A stretch of 64,000 nucleotides of DNA from a virus. This document shows, piece after piece, positions 1-10,253 of this stretch; position 1 is the stretch's first letter, and every line of letters starts with the position of its first letter. The DNA is taken from the UHGV virus genome UHGV-0038492. One strand, 5' to 3'. The translations under genes and the position numbers were made by a program. The notes under the pieces were generated by a model. That model ran no database searches. It was not told the origin of the DNA and saw only the letters and a list, made by a program, of their open reading frames with translations.

Positions 1-10
1 TGCGGGTATC

Positions 11-772
11 ATGGTGAAAGTCGAAAGCGAATATCGTCTGTATCCGATGGCACAGACTGAAACTTCTGCGGTGTATCTCCAGGAGTTTTATAGTTCGGTT
101 CGCCAGATTATCGACGATCTCGATACCGTACGTGATATTGACGATATTGAAAAGCTGATGGAGCGTGTTTCTAATGACGTCTTCAGACTGCGTGATCTTG
201 CACAACGTTTGTTAATGTACTTCCTCACCAAATCTGATGAGAATGAAACGTATCGTAGCGAATGTTCAGCGTTTACTCGTCGTTTCATTGCAACATTAAC
301 TGTGCTGGTTCACAACGCCATCTCCGTGGCATCTGCTTATGGTAAAGACGTTCCGGGTACGAAATTCGTACAGTTGGAATGCTGCCTGGATGACATGACC
401 TACTTTAAAGAGACGGTGTACGGTCGTACCATCGGTGAAAACGGCGTGAGCAAGTCTGCGGATTATTTCCGTGAAATGTTCCTGCTGATCGCGCGTTCTC
501 TGCGTAAGCTGCACATTCGACTGACCTGCGATAATAAAGCCATTGAACTGTCTCAGGTAACGTACACGATTTCTCTGCAAGCAGATTATCAATCCGCTAA
601 CGATCGCCACATCGTGGAAATCTCATCATTTGGTAATAGCTTCGAACCGATTGTTTCAATCTACGAAGTCATTAACCAGAAAGCACCAGAAGCGTTCATT
701 AAACTTAAGACCCCGTCTCACGTTTATTCGCTACTGAGCACAGGTGACGTTACTGCACCGGTTCGTTATTAA
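11..772 (+). CDS. hypothetical protein; frame is open to the window start so may be 5'-truncated
   Basis: 253-codon ORF from ATG at 11; no in-frame stop between position 2 and 11. Confidence 0.5.
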   Translation: MVKVESEYRLYPMAQTETSAVYLQEFYSSVRQIIDDLDTVRDIDDIEKLMERVSNDVFRLRDLAQRLLMYFLTKSDENETYRSECSAFTRRFIATLTVLVHNAISVASAYGKDVPGTKFVQLECCLDDMTYFKETVYGRTIGENGVSKSADYFREMFLLIARSLRKLHIRLTCDNKAIELSQVTYTISLQADYQSANDRHIVEISSFGNSFEPIVSIYEVINQKAPEAFIKLKTPSHVYSLLSTGDVTAPVRY

Positions 773-816
773 GTTTGGATTGGGGGTGGAAACATCCCCA
801 TTTTTAAGGAGTGCGT

Positions 817-1065
817 ATGGCCGCTTATGTTGATTACAGTAAAGCCAAGATAGAGCTAAACGTAATTGATACCGTAGAGCGTTTAAAGCAACAACTTTCT
901 TTGGAGTTATATCAACTTCGCGTCCGTATTCACGAGCGTGAACAACTTATTGAGAAACGTCCATTATTTATCGACGAGAAGCAGGTAAAACTTATCACTG
1001 CGGAGTTAGAAGTTATGGCCGCAGAGAAACTGTTACTCGAAGAACGTATCGCTGCTATTGGTTAA
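817..1065 (+). CDS. small hypothetical protein, predicted coiled-coil
   Basis: ATG at 817 preceded by TAAGGAG; the track start at 811 is a GTG abutting the SD. Confidence 0.55.
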   Translation: MAAYVDYSKAKIELNVIDTVERLKQQLSLELYQLRVRIHEREQLIEKRPLFIDEKQVKLITAELEVMAAEKLLLEERIAAIG

Positions 1066-1075
1066 TCACCACACA

Positions 1076-1107
1076 AGGAGAGCCTAGGCTCTCCTCCTTT
1101 CTTTTTT
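1076..1107 (+). terminator. intrinsic terminator
   Basis: inverted repeat aggagagcc/ggctctcct followed by a T-run. Confidence 0.6.
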
Positions 1108-1149
1108 ATTCCCAAATTTATTATAGTACCCACTCATTAGGGAATTAAG

Positions 1150-1449
1150 ATGATTAAGTATATTGCAATCAATGTAAACTACGAACGTAACCCACGTTTT
1201 CGTTTTGAGTTACCTGAAACCAAAGCAACCATGGAGTTTAATCGTTACCTGTTAGAACATTCAAACACCAAAATCAATCACGGTAGATACTGGCTTATCT
1301 ACTATAATGCCCGTAATGAGTTACTGAAAGCCGTCAAGAAATCAGGTCAGTCAGAACTGTTAGCGAAACTGATGGCGTTTGATGGCGATCCTTTAGCAAT
1401 AGGAATTATGTTAGACCTTGCTATCAATAAAGACGAAATAGCATGGTGA
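1150..1449 (+). CDS. hypothetical protein
   Basis: 99-codon ORF with ATG start, followed by a hairpin terminator. Confidence 0.55.
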   Translation: MIKYIAINVNYERNPRFRFELPETKATMEFNRYLLEHSNTKINHGRYWLIYYNARNELLKAVKKSGQSELLAKLMAFDGDPLAIGIMLDLAINKDEIAW

Positions 1450-1509
1450 AAAAAAGAAAGCTACTCCGACCCCAGAAGGGTCGGAGTAAGCTCGAATTAT
1501 TTTTTTTTT
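1448..1509. terminator. bidirectional terminator between convergent genes
   Basis: hairpin ctccgacccc/gggtcggag flanked by an A-run upstream and a T-run downstream. Confidence 0.55.
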
Positions 1510-1514
1510 GCTAT

Positions 1515-4184
1515 TTAGAGAGTTTCATCGGTGTTGTCGTCTGTACCGGTATCCGTCTCGTCCGTGCCCTCAGTTGAAACTTCTTCTTCCGTTGTCGTAT
1601 CGGTTTCCGTCGTTTCATCATCGGTCATGTCCAAGTCTTCATCACCGCCCAGATCGTCGCCACCAAAGTCGTTGCCCCCGCCGAAGTTATTGGCGTCTTC
1701 AGGATTCAAATCAGCCGCTTTTGCTATCGTCTGAACTTTACCGGTCGCACGTTTTGCTAACTGAATCAGCGTCTTCGATGCTGCTGCAATTTCATCAGAA
1801 ATCATCTTGACGTTTTCACCACGTTTATCTTCATCGTAGATCAAATCAAACAGATCGGTTTCGATGCCCTGATTACGTAGCCAGTTGCGCGCGTAGAAGG
1901 TCTTAACCATCGTCTTGAGGTCATCAGGTGACATTTCAATACCTTCGTTCTGAAGCATATTAGCAATGTCGTCCGTGACCACCAGATCTGCAAGTTTCTC
2001 GATAAATTCATAGCGTTTATCGAAGAGATCAGCTTGAGATGCTGTTGCAGAAGTATCAGGCGGCGGCAAGGTGACCTTCATACCGTTTATAAACTTCGCC
2101 ATATACTCTGACGTTTGTTTTGTCATCTCTTCGCTAGTTACATTCGGATTCTGCTCACGGATATACTCAACGATAATACGGATGAGTTCTGCTTGCAGTT
2201 TCGGTGAAGCTTGCAGACTGTTTGTAACGTAGCGCGTAAGCGGGGTTGAGAGGATTTCCTGTTTCTTCACAATCTGTTGAGTAACCAACAGCGATTTAGA
2301 ATAAATCTGAGAAGCAAACTCCAGGTTCTCCGGGGTAAGTACAAGGTCAGGATCAACACACGCGATGTGACATGTACGGCGTAACAGGTTCTCGTCAATT
2401 TGTTGATCAGGAACTTTATACTCCGGCGTGGTATCAGACACAGATACTTTGTGGCTGGCGTAGTAATCGTTACCCGTTACGTTAAAGGCAATCCCCGCGT
2501 TAGCCCCCATTGACCAGGCGTCGTTGATATCACCCCACATCGGCAGGCGACGATTGTAGGAATTAAGGATATCTGATTTAACTTGGTCAACAGTTTTTTG
2601 ACCGTTTGCATCATCTGGTGACAGCTCAATGTCGTACTGCATGTGACGTGCCGAGTTCAGTACAGATGAGTTCATCGTTGCGAACAGCAGCGCCATCCTG
2701 ACAGTAGAGATAATAAAGGAGCGCTCAGTAATAGAAACCCCGATACCGTCTTCGTTAAAGTCCGTTGCAAAATAGCACAAGTTATTAACCGGAATGTAAA
2801 CCACCTGAGTATGACGTTTTGCGAGATGCCGCGCTAACAGAATACGACCGAATGTTTCGGTAATATTCATGCTGATTTCTGCGCCACCTAGTGCCTGACT
2901 TAATGCGCGTGCAAATTCGTTTTCAGCGATTTCACCACAACGTGTACTTAAACGGTTGGCGATTTCCGGGGTAATACGAGAAGTGTTCCCTAAGCCCAGA
3001 TTAGAACGGTTAATGATGCTGTCCGTCATCCCGTCGTTATTCAGGTAGTTCATAAAGTTCGCATCGCCGTACAGCGAGGAGCGAGCATTGATGAAGTTAC
3101 CCATGTCATCTACGATGGTCAGATAACCGATAGGGTTACGAACGTCATCGCCAATTACCAGTGGCAGCGTTGACTCTGCGGGCAGTAAACGTTCGATGTA
3201 TTCGATTTTGTTATTCTCATCCATTGAGATAATAGGAATATCACCGTACGTTTGTGTTTTCGGTGTTGACTTATACGCCTCGTTTAAATCACCCAAGTTA
3301 ATGAACCCTTTTTCAGCAGCGTCACGCTGACGGTCATCGAAAGATTGATTAGGGTCGAACGGACTGCCACCGTTTGGTGTAGACGGCTTTTCATATGCGG
3401 CTTGCTCTAATTGCCCGTACAATCCCGTACGTGCGTTCTCATGCGCAATACGACGATACAAATCCGGCAGCATGGTAATGCGCGGGTTATCGGTAATCGT
3501 GATTTCCATCTGGAATTTATCCGAGAACATCGAATCGTGCTTACCGAAATCGATTTTCAATGTTTGTGGACCAGTAACGGCTCCGCGTAAACGGTTGAGA
3601 ATTGATTCTACACCAACTCGCTGCCCTTCTTTCGGCGCATTAATAGGCCCGAGGATACCAAGCTGTTGTTCGAAGAACGCCGTTTGAGAACGACGAATAG
3701 ATTCAGTAGCGACCTTTGTATTCAGACCGAATAATTGGTCGAAGCCGGTATCCGAGATTATCATCACTGGACTTGCGCCTTTGGTTTTTAACGCATCGTA
3801 AATCCACTGATATAATTTCTTAGGTAGCTGACGAATGTTATCGTGATAATCACGGGTCGGTGTCAGTAGCGCGTTACGCAGATCAATGGGGATGTCCGCG
3901 AAGTTGTCGTAAATCAACGTCGTGTTGATTAAGTCTTTTGTTGATAGCAGGCTCGAAGTTGCAATAGTAACGATTGTTTCGAGTTCAGGTAACGCATCAA
4001 AGATACGTTCCGCATTTTTGATAGTACGAATACGTGAACTCGCAATTGCCGTGAGTTCTTGACGTGTTGGCGTAGAACCACCCTCGCTACGCGTACCGCG
4101 TTGTTGCTGAGGTGCTGGGCCCGTAGTTTTACGAAGAATTGCAGCTACGGCGGGGTCGCCCGTTAATTTACTAATATCGTCCAT
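1515..4184 (-). CDS. large hypothetical protein (889 aa) with a strongly acidic Asp/Glu/Thr-rich C-terminal tail; function not recognised
   Basis: long uninterrupted ORF; C-terminal ~60 residues are almost all D/E/T/G; lone minus-strand gene in a plus-strand region. Confidence 0.7.
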   Translation of the reverse strand: MDDISKLTGDPAVAAILRKTTGPAPQQQRGTRSEGGSTPTRQELTAIASSRIRTIKNAERIFDALPELETIVTIATSSLLSTKDLINTTLIYDNFADIPIDLRNALLTPTRDYHDNIRQLPKKLYQWIYDALKTKGASPVMIISDTGFDQLFGLNTKVATESIRRSQTAFFEQQLGILGPINAPKEGQRVGVESILNRLRGAVTGPQTLKIDFGKHDSMFSDKFQMEITITDNPRITMLPDLYRRIAHENARTGLYGQLEQAAYEKPSTPNGGSPFDPNQSFDDRQRDAAEKGFINLGDLNEAYKSTPKTQTYGDIPIISMDENNKIEYIERLLPAESTLPLVIGDDVRNPIGYLTIVDDMGNFINARSSLYGDANFMNYLNNDGMTDSIINRSNLGLGNTSRITPEIANRLSTRCGEIAENEFARALSQALGGAEISMNITETFGRILLARHLAKRHTQVVYIPVNNLCYFATDFNEDGIGVSITERSFIISTVRMALLFATMNSSVLNSARHMQYDIELSPDDANGQKTVDQVKSDILNSYNRRLPMWGDINDAWSMGANAGIAFNVTGNDYYASHKVSVSDTTPEYKVPDQQIDENLLRRTCHIACVDPDLVLTPENLEFASQIYSKSLLVTQQIVKKQEILSTPLTRYVTNSLQASPKLQAELIRIIVEYIREQNPNVTSEEMTKQTSEYMAKFINGMKVTLPPPDTSATASQADLFDKRYEFIEKLADLVVTDDIANMLQNEGIEMSPDDLKTMVKTFYARNWLRNQGIETDLFDLIYDEDKRGENVKMISDEIAAASKTLIQLAKRATGKVQTIAKAADLNPEDANNFGGGNDFGGDDLGGDEDLDMTDDETTETDTTTEEEVSTEGTDETDTGTDDNTDETL

Positions 4185-4195
4185 TGGGGTCTCCG

Positions 4196-6379
4196 ATGCA
4201 GAGATTTAACATATTTCGTGAACAGAACATCGCGTTGGCGAAATCACTGATTATTAAATCAGAATCAATCGCACAACAGATGAATCTGGCAATAACCGAG
4301 AACGGCGGTTTCGTTTCCGATAACCGAAGTACGTGGCGATACTACCTGCATTTAGCAGGACAACGTCACGAATGGGATAAGCCCATTTACATAACGTCGC
4401 TCGACACGCAAGAGCAGATAGAATTAACGACAGCCAACCTGTCCCGTCATAAAAAGACCTCAAACGTATTTCGTTCGAACGGCGAGTACATTGAGGAGCT
4501 GATCAGAACGTATCCTGACTACGCGATTTATATCCGGGGTGTGTTTAATCCGGTGGATATAAACTACGCCATCCGTGTGGCTGACTGCTCTATCCTCTAT
4601 TACGACAGTTCATTAGTGGAGTCGCAAGAGACGTCGCTGATGTCGAGATTGGAAGACAGAATAAGGGCAGCTCACGTTCGCTATATGTCAGAAGGGTGGA
4701 AAGTTCACAACGATGCGTTCGTGTTAGCATTCTACTGTATTCTGTATCCGCAGCTACCCGGCATTATCGGCTATATCCGTTCTTCTTTACAGCATACCAC
4801 GGAAACACATTCTTTTTACGTGACCGAGTTCTTAGCATCACACCAAGAACTTCACGAGTTTATGCCTTATCTGACCCAGAAACAGAAATTCATTCTGTAT
4901 CGGAATATTCGTTACTGGGAGCGTAATTCAGGGAAAGAGGAGATTTTCGACTGGCAGATTGATGCGCTACTGACAGGTTGGGGGATGCCTGCGGTCGGGT
5001 ATAATGTTGCGCAGCAGATACACGAACCGAAGGATGATGACGATTCCACGTTAACACCGTTACCGATTGGTTATCAGCAATCGCTTAACTATACGGAAAA
5101 GGATTCTGGTCGAGACCTTGACATTGTAACGACGACGGACATTATCCAGAAGGAAGTCGCGTTAGCGTACAATAACCCGGCGTACGAACCGGAGTATCAA
5201 GAAGACTTAGATACCCGTTTAAGTTTAACGCAATACCCTAACCTAAAAACCAAACTCATTGAAGTTACAGCAGTCGATCCAGAAGCGATTGAGCGCTTCG
5301 AGTATCTGCATAACCTCTTTAACGAATGGGTACATCTCGTCGCGAAAGGGAAATACAACATTTACCACGAGATTCTTAACCCAACAAACGGGGATACCTT
5401 AAAGCTTAGCTCAAAAGAGTTATTGGCGCTGTTCTTGTACGCGGCGTATAAAGGGTATTCTGACGTTGCGTTAGAAGAGATTCCTGTGTTCAACGTATTC
5501 GGGGTGTTAATCAAACGCTGGGTTCCATTCGATGAAATGGAACAACATTTAATCCCGAGCTGGGAAAACCGTTTCGATGCGTTGATTAACTATTATACCG
5601 ATACGCACACAGAAGTCGTCGGAACGATTCTTAGTGCTGATGAACTTTACGACACGGTTAATGAAATCATTACCCAGAAACGCCGTCGTTGGCGTTATAG
5701 CCAAAACCGTCGGAAGATTCCTGACCGCGCTGCGGGCTTGATGCTGTTTAACTACCATTATCGTGATTATCGTTGCGATTTAAAACTGAACTACCGTAAC
5801 TACGATGAGTTCTTTAAAACGTTTGGGTTAGACTATACGTTGGTTTCGGCGGAGACGTGGCAAGACATTGCTATTGATGCGTTTAACACCGCAACTAACC
5901 TGGAAACCCGCGCAACGATTTCACAGTCTGAGATTCAGCGTGCGATGGTACGACTGATGACGAAGCTGTCATCCTACACCGTACATTTTGCTGCACGAAT
6001 GGGGTCAGATTCTTACGACGTTATGGACCCGCTCTGTCCTATCTTAGGGGATATCCCTATGAGTGGGGAGGGGACAATTACAATTATTGAACCCCTCTTA
6101 GGCGTACAGCAAGTTACGCGTCACCAGTATATGTCCACCGACACTGTGTTACCGGCAGCGCCTGTTATTAAAGAACTGTCGATGCCACAGCACATCAAAC
6201 TCAGGATGAACATTTACATGGGTATCCGAGTGAAAGTAACACAGCAGGTTGTGGTGGATATTAACGAGCCGACTACCGGGGTTGTTAAAGTGAAATCTTC
6301 GCTTGACGATTGGACGTTAAACGAACAGGTGAAAATTAACGATCTGGACGGCTTCACGCTTGACCAGCTACCTAAGTGA
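4196..6379 (+). CDS. hypothetical protein (~727 aa)
   Basis: long ORF; ATG at 4196, alternative TTG at 4184; start abuts the divergent upstream gene. Confidence 0.65.
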   Translation: MQRFNIFREQNIALAKSLIIKSESIAQQMNLAITENGGFVSDNRSTWRYYLHLAGQRHEWDKPIYITSLDTQEQIELTTANLSRHKKTSNVFRSNGEYIEELIRTYPDYAIYIRGVFNPVDINYAIRVADCSILYYDSSLVESQETSLMSRLEDRIRAAHVRYMSEGWKVHNDAFVLAFYCILYPQLPGIIGYIRSSLQHTTETHSFYVTEFLASHQELHEFMPYLTQKQKFILYRNIRYWERNSGKEEIFDWQIDALLTGWGMPAVGYNVAQQIHEPKDDDDSTLTPLPIGYQQSLNYTEKDSGRDLDIVTTTDIIQKEVALAYNNPAYEPEYQEDLDTRLSLTQYPNLKTKLIEVTAVDPEAIERFEYLHNLFNEWVHLVAKGKYNIYHEILNPTNGDTLKLSSKELLALFLYAAYKGYSDVALEEIPVFNVFGVLIKRWVPFDEMEQHLIPSWENRFDALINYYTDTHTEVVGTILSADELYDTVNEIITQKRRRWRYSQNRRKIPDRAAGLMLFNYHYRDYRCDLKLNYRNYDEFFKTFGLDYTLVSAETWQDIAIDAFNTATNLETRATISQSEIQRAMVRLMTKLSSYTVHFAARMGSDSYDVMDPLCPILGDIPMSGEGTITIIEPLLGVQQVTRHQYMSTDTVLPAAPVIKELSMPQHIKLRMNIYMGIRVKVTQQVVVDINEPTTGVVKVKSSLDDWTLNEQVKINDLDGFTLDQLPK

Positions 6380-6386
6380 GAAAACC

Positions 6387-6914
6387 ATGGCATATCGCGT
6401 CGACTTAACGAAAACTCCGAAACAAATTCTGGTAGATCGTATTAACTACGTTTTCGGGGTATCCTATACCACTGATAACATCGATTTTAACGATAAAGGT
6501 GTGCAACCACTGACGAAAGACGAAGCCCGTCGTTACGGACTGGAATCGAAAGTGGCCGCTGACTTTAAAAACGGTGTTACAGGGAACCAGGAATTCATCT
6601 TAACCCGTGTTGACCTGGCAACGTTCTTAGCTGACGAACCGGTTACGGTACCGAAAGGCGAAGTAACCAGCAGCCAAGAACTGGCAGACTATATCGTTGC
6701 CCAGACCGGTATTGATTTGACCCAAGACGACATTATGATCGAGCCTATCAGTGAGGAACTCGATTCTTATGATGTTCGCTTAGTCCCGAATCACTTATCT
6801 TTTAAAGGAACGATTCCGGTCGTATTTACTGACCCCACACCACGCACGTTGGCGTCTCTCGTGACGAAACTTGCGCTGGACGGGTTCCGCCCTGGAGAAT
6901 TAATCAATGTCTAA
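6387..6914 (+). CDS. hypothetical protein
   Basis: ATG at 6387 just after the upstream stop; the track start at 6360 is TTG. Confidence 0.6.
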   Translation: MAYRVDLTKTPKQILVDRINYVFGVSYTTDNIDFNDKGVQPLTKDEARRYGLESKVAADFKNGVTGNQEFILTRVDLATFLADEPVTVPKGEVTSSQELADYIVAQTGIDLTQDDIMIEPISEELDSYDVRLVPNHLSFKGTIPVVFTDPTPRTLASLVTKLALDGFRPGELINV

Positions 6915-7794
6915 TGTCAAAGTTTACGACGGTAAACTCTCGACGGTAACACTTAATGCGATGCGTCTGGCTACCGCATTAATTACCGGTGCCGATGTGC
7001 AATACCCACAGAAGTCCACACTGAATGAGTTTTATAAACTCATGCAAACCCCAGTGCCGGACGGTAAAGCACGTCCCCATTTGCAGTACATGGCGATTGG
7101 TAACCGTGGCCATATGGTCGACACATCAGACGTTGTTGCTGATGTTGTTCCTGTAGCTAAAGAACCTATCGCGTCCGGGATGTTTTCACGCGTTCCGTTT
7201 GTCCTGCGTACTAAAGACAACGATTTGTCTGATGAACAGCGTAAGAACTACGCTTTCCGTACTCTGGAAACCATCAACAAACGTGAGTATTGGGCGTACT
7301 ACTTAAAACGCATTGACATGCGTGCAGTAAAAACTACCGACTACGACATTAAGCGTGAGAACGGTGTTGAAACTGTAGAAGACTTTGTCTATACGGATAC
7401 TGAACTGAACCCGGTACCGAAAGTGTTGCCGGACTACGATTACGATGATGACGGTACCGTTGCAATTCCTGACGGCCGTTATGTGGAATCAGGTGCAGAC
7501 CTGGTTATTCCGTGGACGGACTTTGACGTTCAGGAGTACATGAACGTGACCAGCATTATGCGCGGTAGCCCTCGTAGTTCGATTATCTCTGAACTGGCAC
7601 TGTGCTCTGGCTTAGACCAGGTAACGTCCGGTGACTCTGCTACAGGTTCGAAGTTCAGCTACACTGAAGCTATCGGTGTACAAGCCCTGTATTACATTTC
7701 GATGTTTACTAACCTGGCGCAGACGAACGATAAACTGTCACTGACAATCCGTATCGGTCAACCTGCACCGTTCTTCTTAGGGACAGCGAATTAA
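6907..7794 (+). CDS. hypothetical protein
   Basis: 295-codon ORF, start overlaps the upstream stop. Confidence 0.6.
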   Translation: MSNVKVYDGKLSTVTLNAMRLATALITGADVQYPQKSTLNEFYKLMQTPVPDGKARPHLQYMAIGNRGHMVDTSDVVADVVPVAKEPIASGMFSRVPFVLRTKDNDLSDEQRKNYAFRTLETINKREYWAYYLKRIDMRAVKTTDYDIKRENGVETVEDFVYTDTELNPVPKVLPDYDYDDDGTVAIPDGRYVESGADLVIPWTDFDVQEYMNVTSIMRGSPRSSIISELALCSGLDQVTSGDSATGSKFSYTEAIGVQALYYISMFTNLAQTNDKLSLTIRIGQPAPFFLGTAN

Positions 7795-8438
7795 TGTTGA
7801 TTCCTGAGCCGAGACTTCCCGATAAAATGGTCAGGATCGCGGCGATAGACCCCGGTACGAGCCATCTCGGGATGGCGGTGCTGGATTGGGAATATGGCAG
7901 CGACCAAGCCGAAGTGGTGTGGGCTGATACCATGCACGTATTAGACCCAACACATCCAAGTGCGTTTGCAGAGTGTGTCGGTAAACGCGACGATCGCTTA
8001 GTAAAACTCGAAGCGTGCTACCGTGAGTTTCTTCGGATTGCGCGTCCGACGTTTGTTGCAACAGAAACGCCGTTTATGCGGCGGGCAAAACTCTCCGCGT
8101 ATGAGTCTGGTGTAGAGTTACAGCTGATGTTAAGACGGGCGTTATGGGACGTGTTTCCAGAGAAAGTGTTACACGGGTTCAATCCGATTATTGTAAAATC
8201 ATTCGTCGGTGTGGAAGCGAAAGGAACGGACAAAACAGATATGTTTCGTGCCGTAACGAAGTTGTATCGCGACCACGCGTTGTTTGACATTACAACGTTG
8301 GATGAGCACAGTATCGATGCCGTGGCGGTGGGGAATATCTTTGTCAGGGTAAACCTGTTAAACTTGAATAGTCTCCTACCGCCAAAACAAAAGTCTGCTA
8401 AGACAGCAAAACGGCGGAGAAGACGTCGGAGGAAATAG
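7794..8438 (+). CDS. RuvC-like Holliday-junction resolvase (putative), with a poly-Arg C-terminus
   Basis: N-terminal RIAAIDPGTSHLGMAVLD resembles the RuvC-fold catalytic Asp motif; C-terminus KRRRRRRRK; ATG overlaps the upstream TAA. Confidence 0.5.
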   Translation: MLIPEPRLPDKMVRIAAIDPGTSHLGMAVLDWEYGSDQAEVVWADTMHVLDPTHPSAFAECVGKRDDRLVKLEACYREFLRIARPTFVATETPFMRRAKLSAYESGVELQLMLRRALWDVFPEKVLHGFNPIIVKSFVGVEAKGTDKTDMFRAVTKLYRDHALFDITTLDEHSIDAVAVGNIFVRVNLLNLNSLLPPKQKSAKTAKRRRRRRRK

Positions 8439-8440
8439 CG

Positions 8441-9019
8441 ATGTCGCAACCAACACAAGACGTGTCAGCCGCAATTCTTGACATTCTTATCCAAGCAGGG
8501 AACAGAAAGTTAAGTAAAGAGCAGTCCGAAGAACTGTCTAAGATTCTCAAAGACAACTTCGGTGATGATGTCTCTGTAGACGTAACGCGGTCGGGTACAA
8601 AGATTCTGTCGGAGCTACGCCCAACGCTTCTTGAGAACATTGGAAAGATGGCGGAAAACTTTCAGCAGCAAGCCACAAATGCTGTAGAGAGTTTAGGTGA
8701 CGAAGTAAGCAAAGAAACGATGTTGACACTGTGGCCGAAACTTGCCGGTGCACAGAAGTTCATTATTGTTCTGCTTGCACTCGCCACTGTGGTCGTGACA
8801 GGCTTCTTAGCGTACGACACGCATCAGAACTATCCAACAGACAGTATGGAAGTGTTGTTTGTATCCTTACTTCCGCTGTTCGGACTGGTAGTATTTGCAA
8901 CGTGGCCGATTAAAACGTTGGCTTACAAGTCGTTGGAGATTGCTACCAAAGTTGTCGAGAAGAAACTTGAGAAATCAGGTCAGGTCGTCGCGAAGACGGA
9001 AACAAAGACAACGAAATAA
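8441..9019 (+). CDS. membrane protein (two predicted TM helices)
   Basis: hydrophobic stretches FIIVLLALATVVVTGFLAY and LFVSLLPLFGLVVFATW. Confidence 0.6.
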   Translation: MSQPTQDVSAAILDILIQAGNRKLSKEQSEELSKILKDNFGDDVSVDVTRSGTKILSELRPTLLENIGKMAENFQQQATNAVESLGDEVSKETMLTLWPKLAGAQKFIIVLLALATVVVTGFLAYDTHQNYPTDSMEVLFVSLLPLFGLVVFATWPIKTLAYKSLEIATKVVEKKLEKSGQVVAKTETKTTK

Positions 9020-9025
9020 AACCAA

Positions 9026-9063
9026 CCTCTACCTTCGGGTAGAGGTTTTCTTCTTTTTATTTT
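9026..9063 (+). terminator. intrinsic terminator
   Basis: hairpin cctctacc-ttcg-ggtagagg plus T-run. Confidence 0.65.
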
Positions 9064-9107
9064 ACAATTTTTGATCATACTGTGAGACTTGAACAAGGAG
9101 ACTTATC

Positions 9108-9761
9108 ATGGAACCACTACGTTTAATGACCAGAACGCTACTGATTCCTATCTGGGAATTGAAGCTTGCCCCATTGTCTGCCTCTAATGGGGAGGTCATT
9201 GATTTTATTAAAGACGAAGAATTTGTGTTGACGGCTTTCCAGGAGACGCTGCATCGTTATTATAATGCAGTGCCTTTATCTGGCGGATTAGATTGCCCTG
9301 GTGTAGAAGGGAGTACGTCTGCGTTAATCGCAGAGTATTTAGAACAGAAAGGAATCGGGGTTGGGAAAGGCCGGGTTTATGTGGACGCCGATAAACTGAG
9401 GAGTTACCAGATTGAGCTGACGTTTCAGATAAGAAAATTACTTACCCGCTACGGTCTTTTCTCGATTAACTGTAAGGTTGATGACGTACGGATGTTAGAC
9501 CACGGTTTTACCACTGTCCTCAAAACCTGTCGCGGTAAAAGATTCGTACAGTTTGCGTGGTGGGTACCAGTATTGCGTGGTGAGAGAAAAACGGTGGAGG
9601 GGTTGTACGGCTGGGCGCTATGGAGCGAAGTTCCAGTAAATAAACTCGATGCAGTTATTCCAAAGCACCGAAACGTTCCGCTTAGCAGTTTATTTACTTC
9701 CGGCGAGAACACTACGTGGGCTGAATTCGTTAATAACGTTATGTCAATTGGGGAACAATAA
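9108..9761 (+). CDS. hypothetical protein
   Basis: ATG preceded by AAGGAG. Confidence 0.6.
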   Translation: MEPLRLMTRTLLIPIWELKLAPLSASNGEVIDFIKDEEFVLTAFQETLHRYYNAVPLSGGLDCPGVEGSTSALIAEYLEQKGIGVGKGRVYVDADKLRSYQIELTFQIRKLLTRYGLFSINCKVDDVRMLDHGFTTVLKTCRGKRFVQFAWWVPVLRGERKTVEGLYGWALWSEVPVNKLDAVIPKHRNVPLSSLFTSGENTTWAEFVNNVMSIGEQ

Positions 9762-10237
9762 TGCAGCAATTAGATATTACCGAAGACAAAATCTCCGCTA
9801 AATTTCCACAATTACGTGAATACATCAAAGACTTAAATTCGATACGCGAAACACCGGTCCGCATTACCTTAGCGGTAGAAGATGACATTACACACGGTAT
9901 TGCGATTTGGGAACCGGGCAATCTTATCTATTTGGTGGTGGCGGAAGGTTCTCGACGTTTCGGTGTGGGTTCGTTCTTATTGCAGTACGTTCAGTTGAAT
10001 TCCGATCGTCAAATGGTGACGTGTCGTGTCCACCCTTCGAACATTGACGGCCTGTGTTTCTTTTCGAAAAAAGGCTACCAGATTGACCGTTGGTATATCG
10101 CCAGCGACTCTCGTCGGTATTTTCGTATGACGAACGGTAACGTTGTTTCGTCATACGCCCCGCCGGAAGAAGGATATTTGGTGGATTTTATCGAAAACAC
10201 GCCCATCTTTCTCTCTGTTGCGGATAAAATTTATTAA
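9761..10237 (+). CDS. GNAT-family acetyltransferase-like protein (tentative)
   Basis: VVAEGSRRFGVGSFLLQYV resembles the GNAT acetyl-CoA-binding motif A. Confidence 0.4.
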   Translation: MQQLDITEDKISAKFPQLREYIKDLNSIRETPVRITLAVEDDITHGIAIWEPGNLIYLVVAEGSRRFGVGSFLLQYVQLNSDRQMVTCRVHPSNIDGLCFFSKKGYQIDRWYIASDSRRYFRMTNGNVVSSYAPPEEGYLVDFIENTPIFLSVADKIY

Positions 10238-10253
10238 CCGTTGAGAGTCTAAA

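Noticed and set aside
1508-1810. Plus-strand ORFs (1508..1810 and 1531..1734) with Ser/Val/Pro-rich translations
   Set aside because: They lie antisense to the acidic tail of the 889-aa minus-strand gene; the low-complexity composition mirrors the D/E/T codons opposite, with no start signals.
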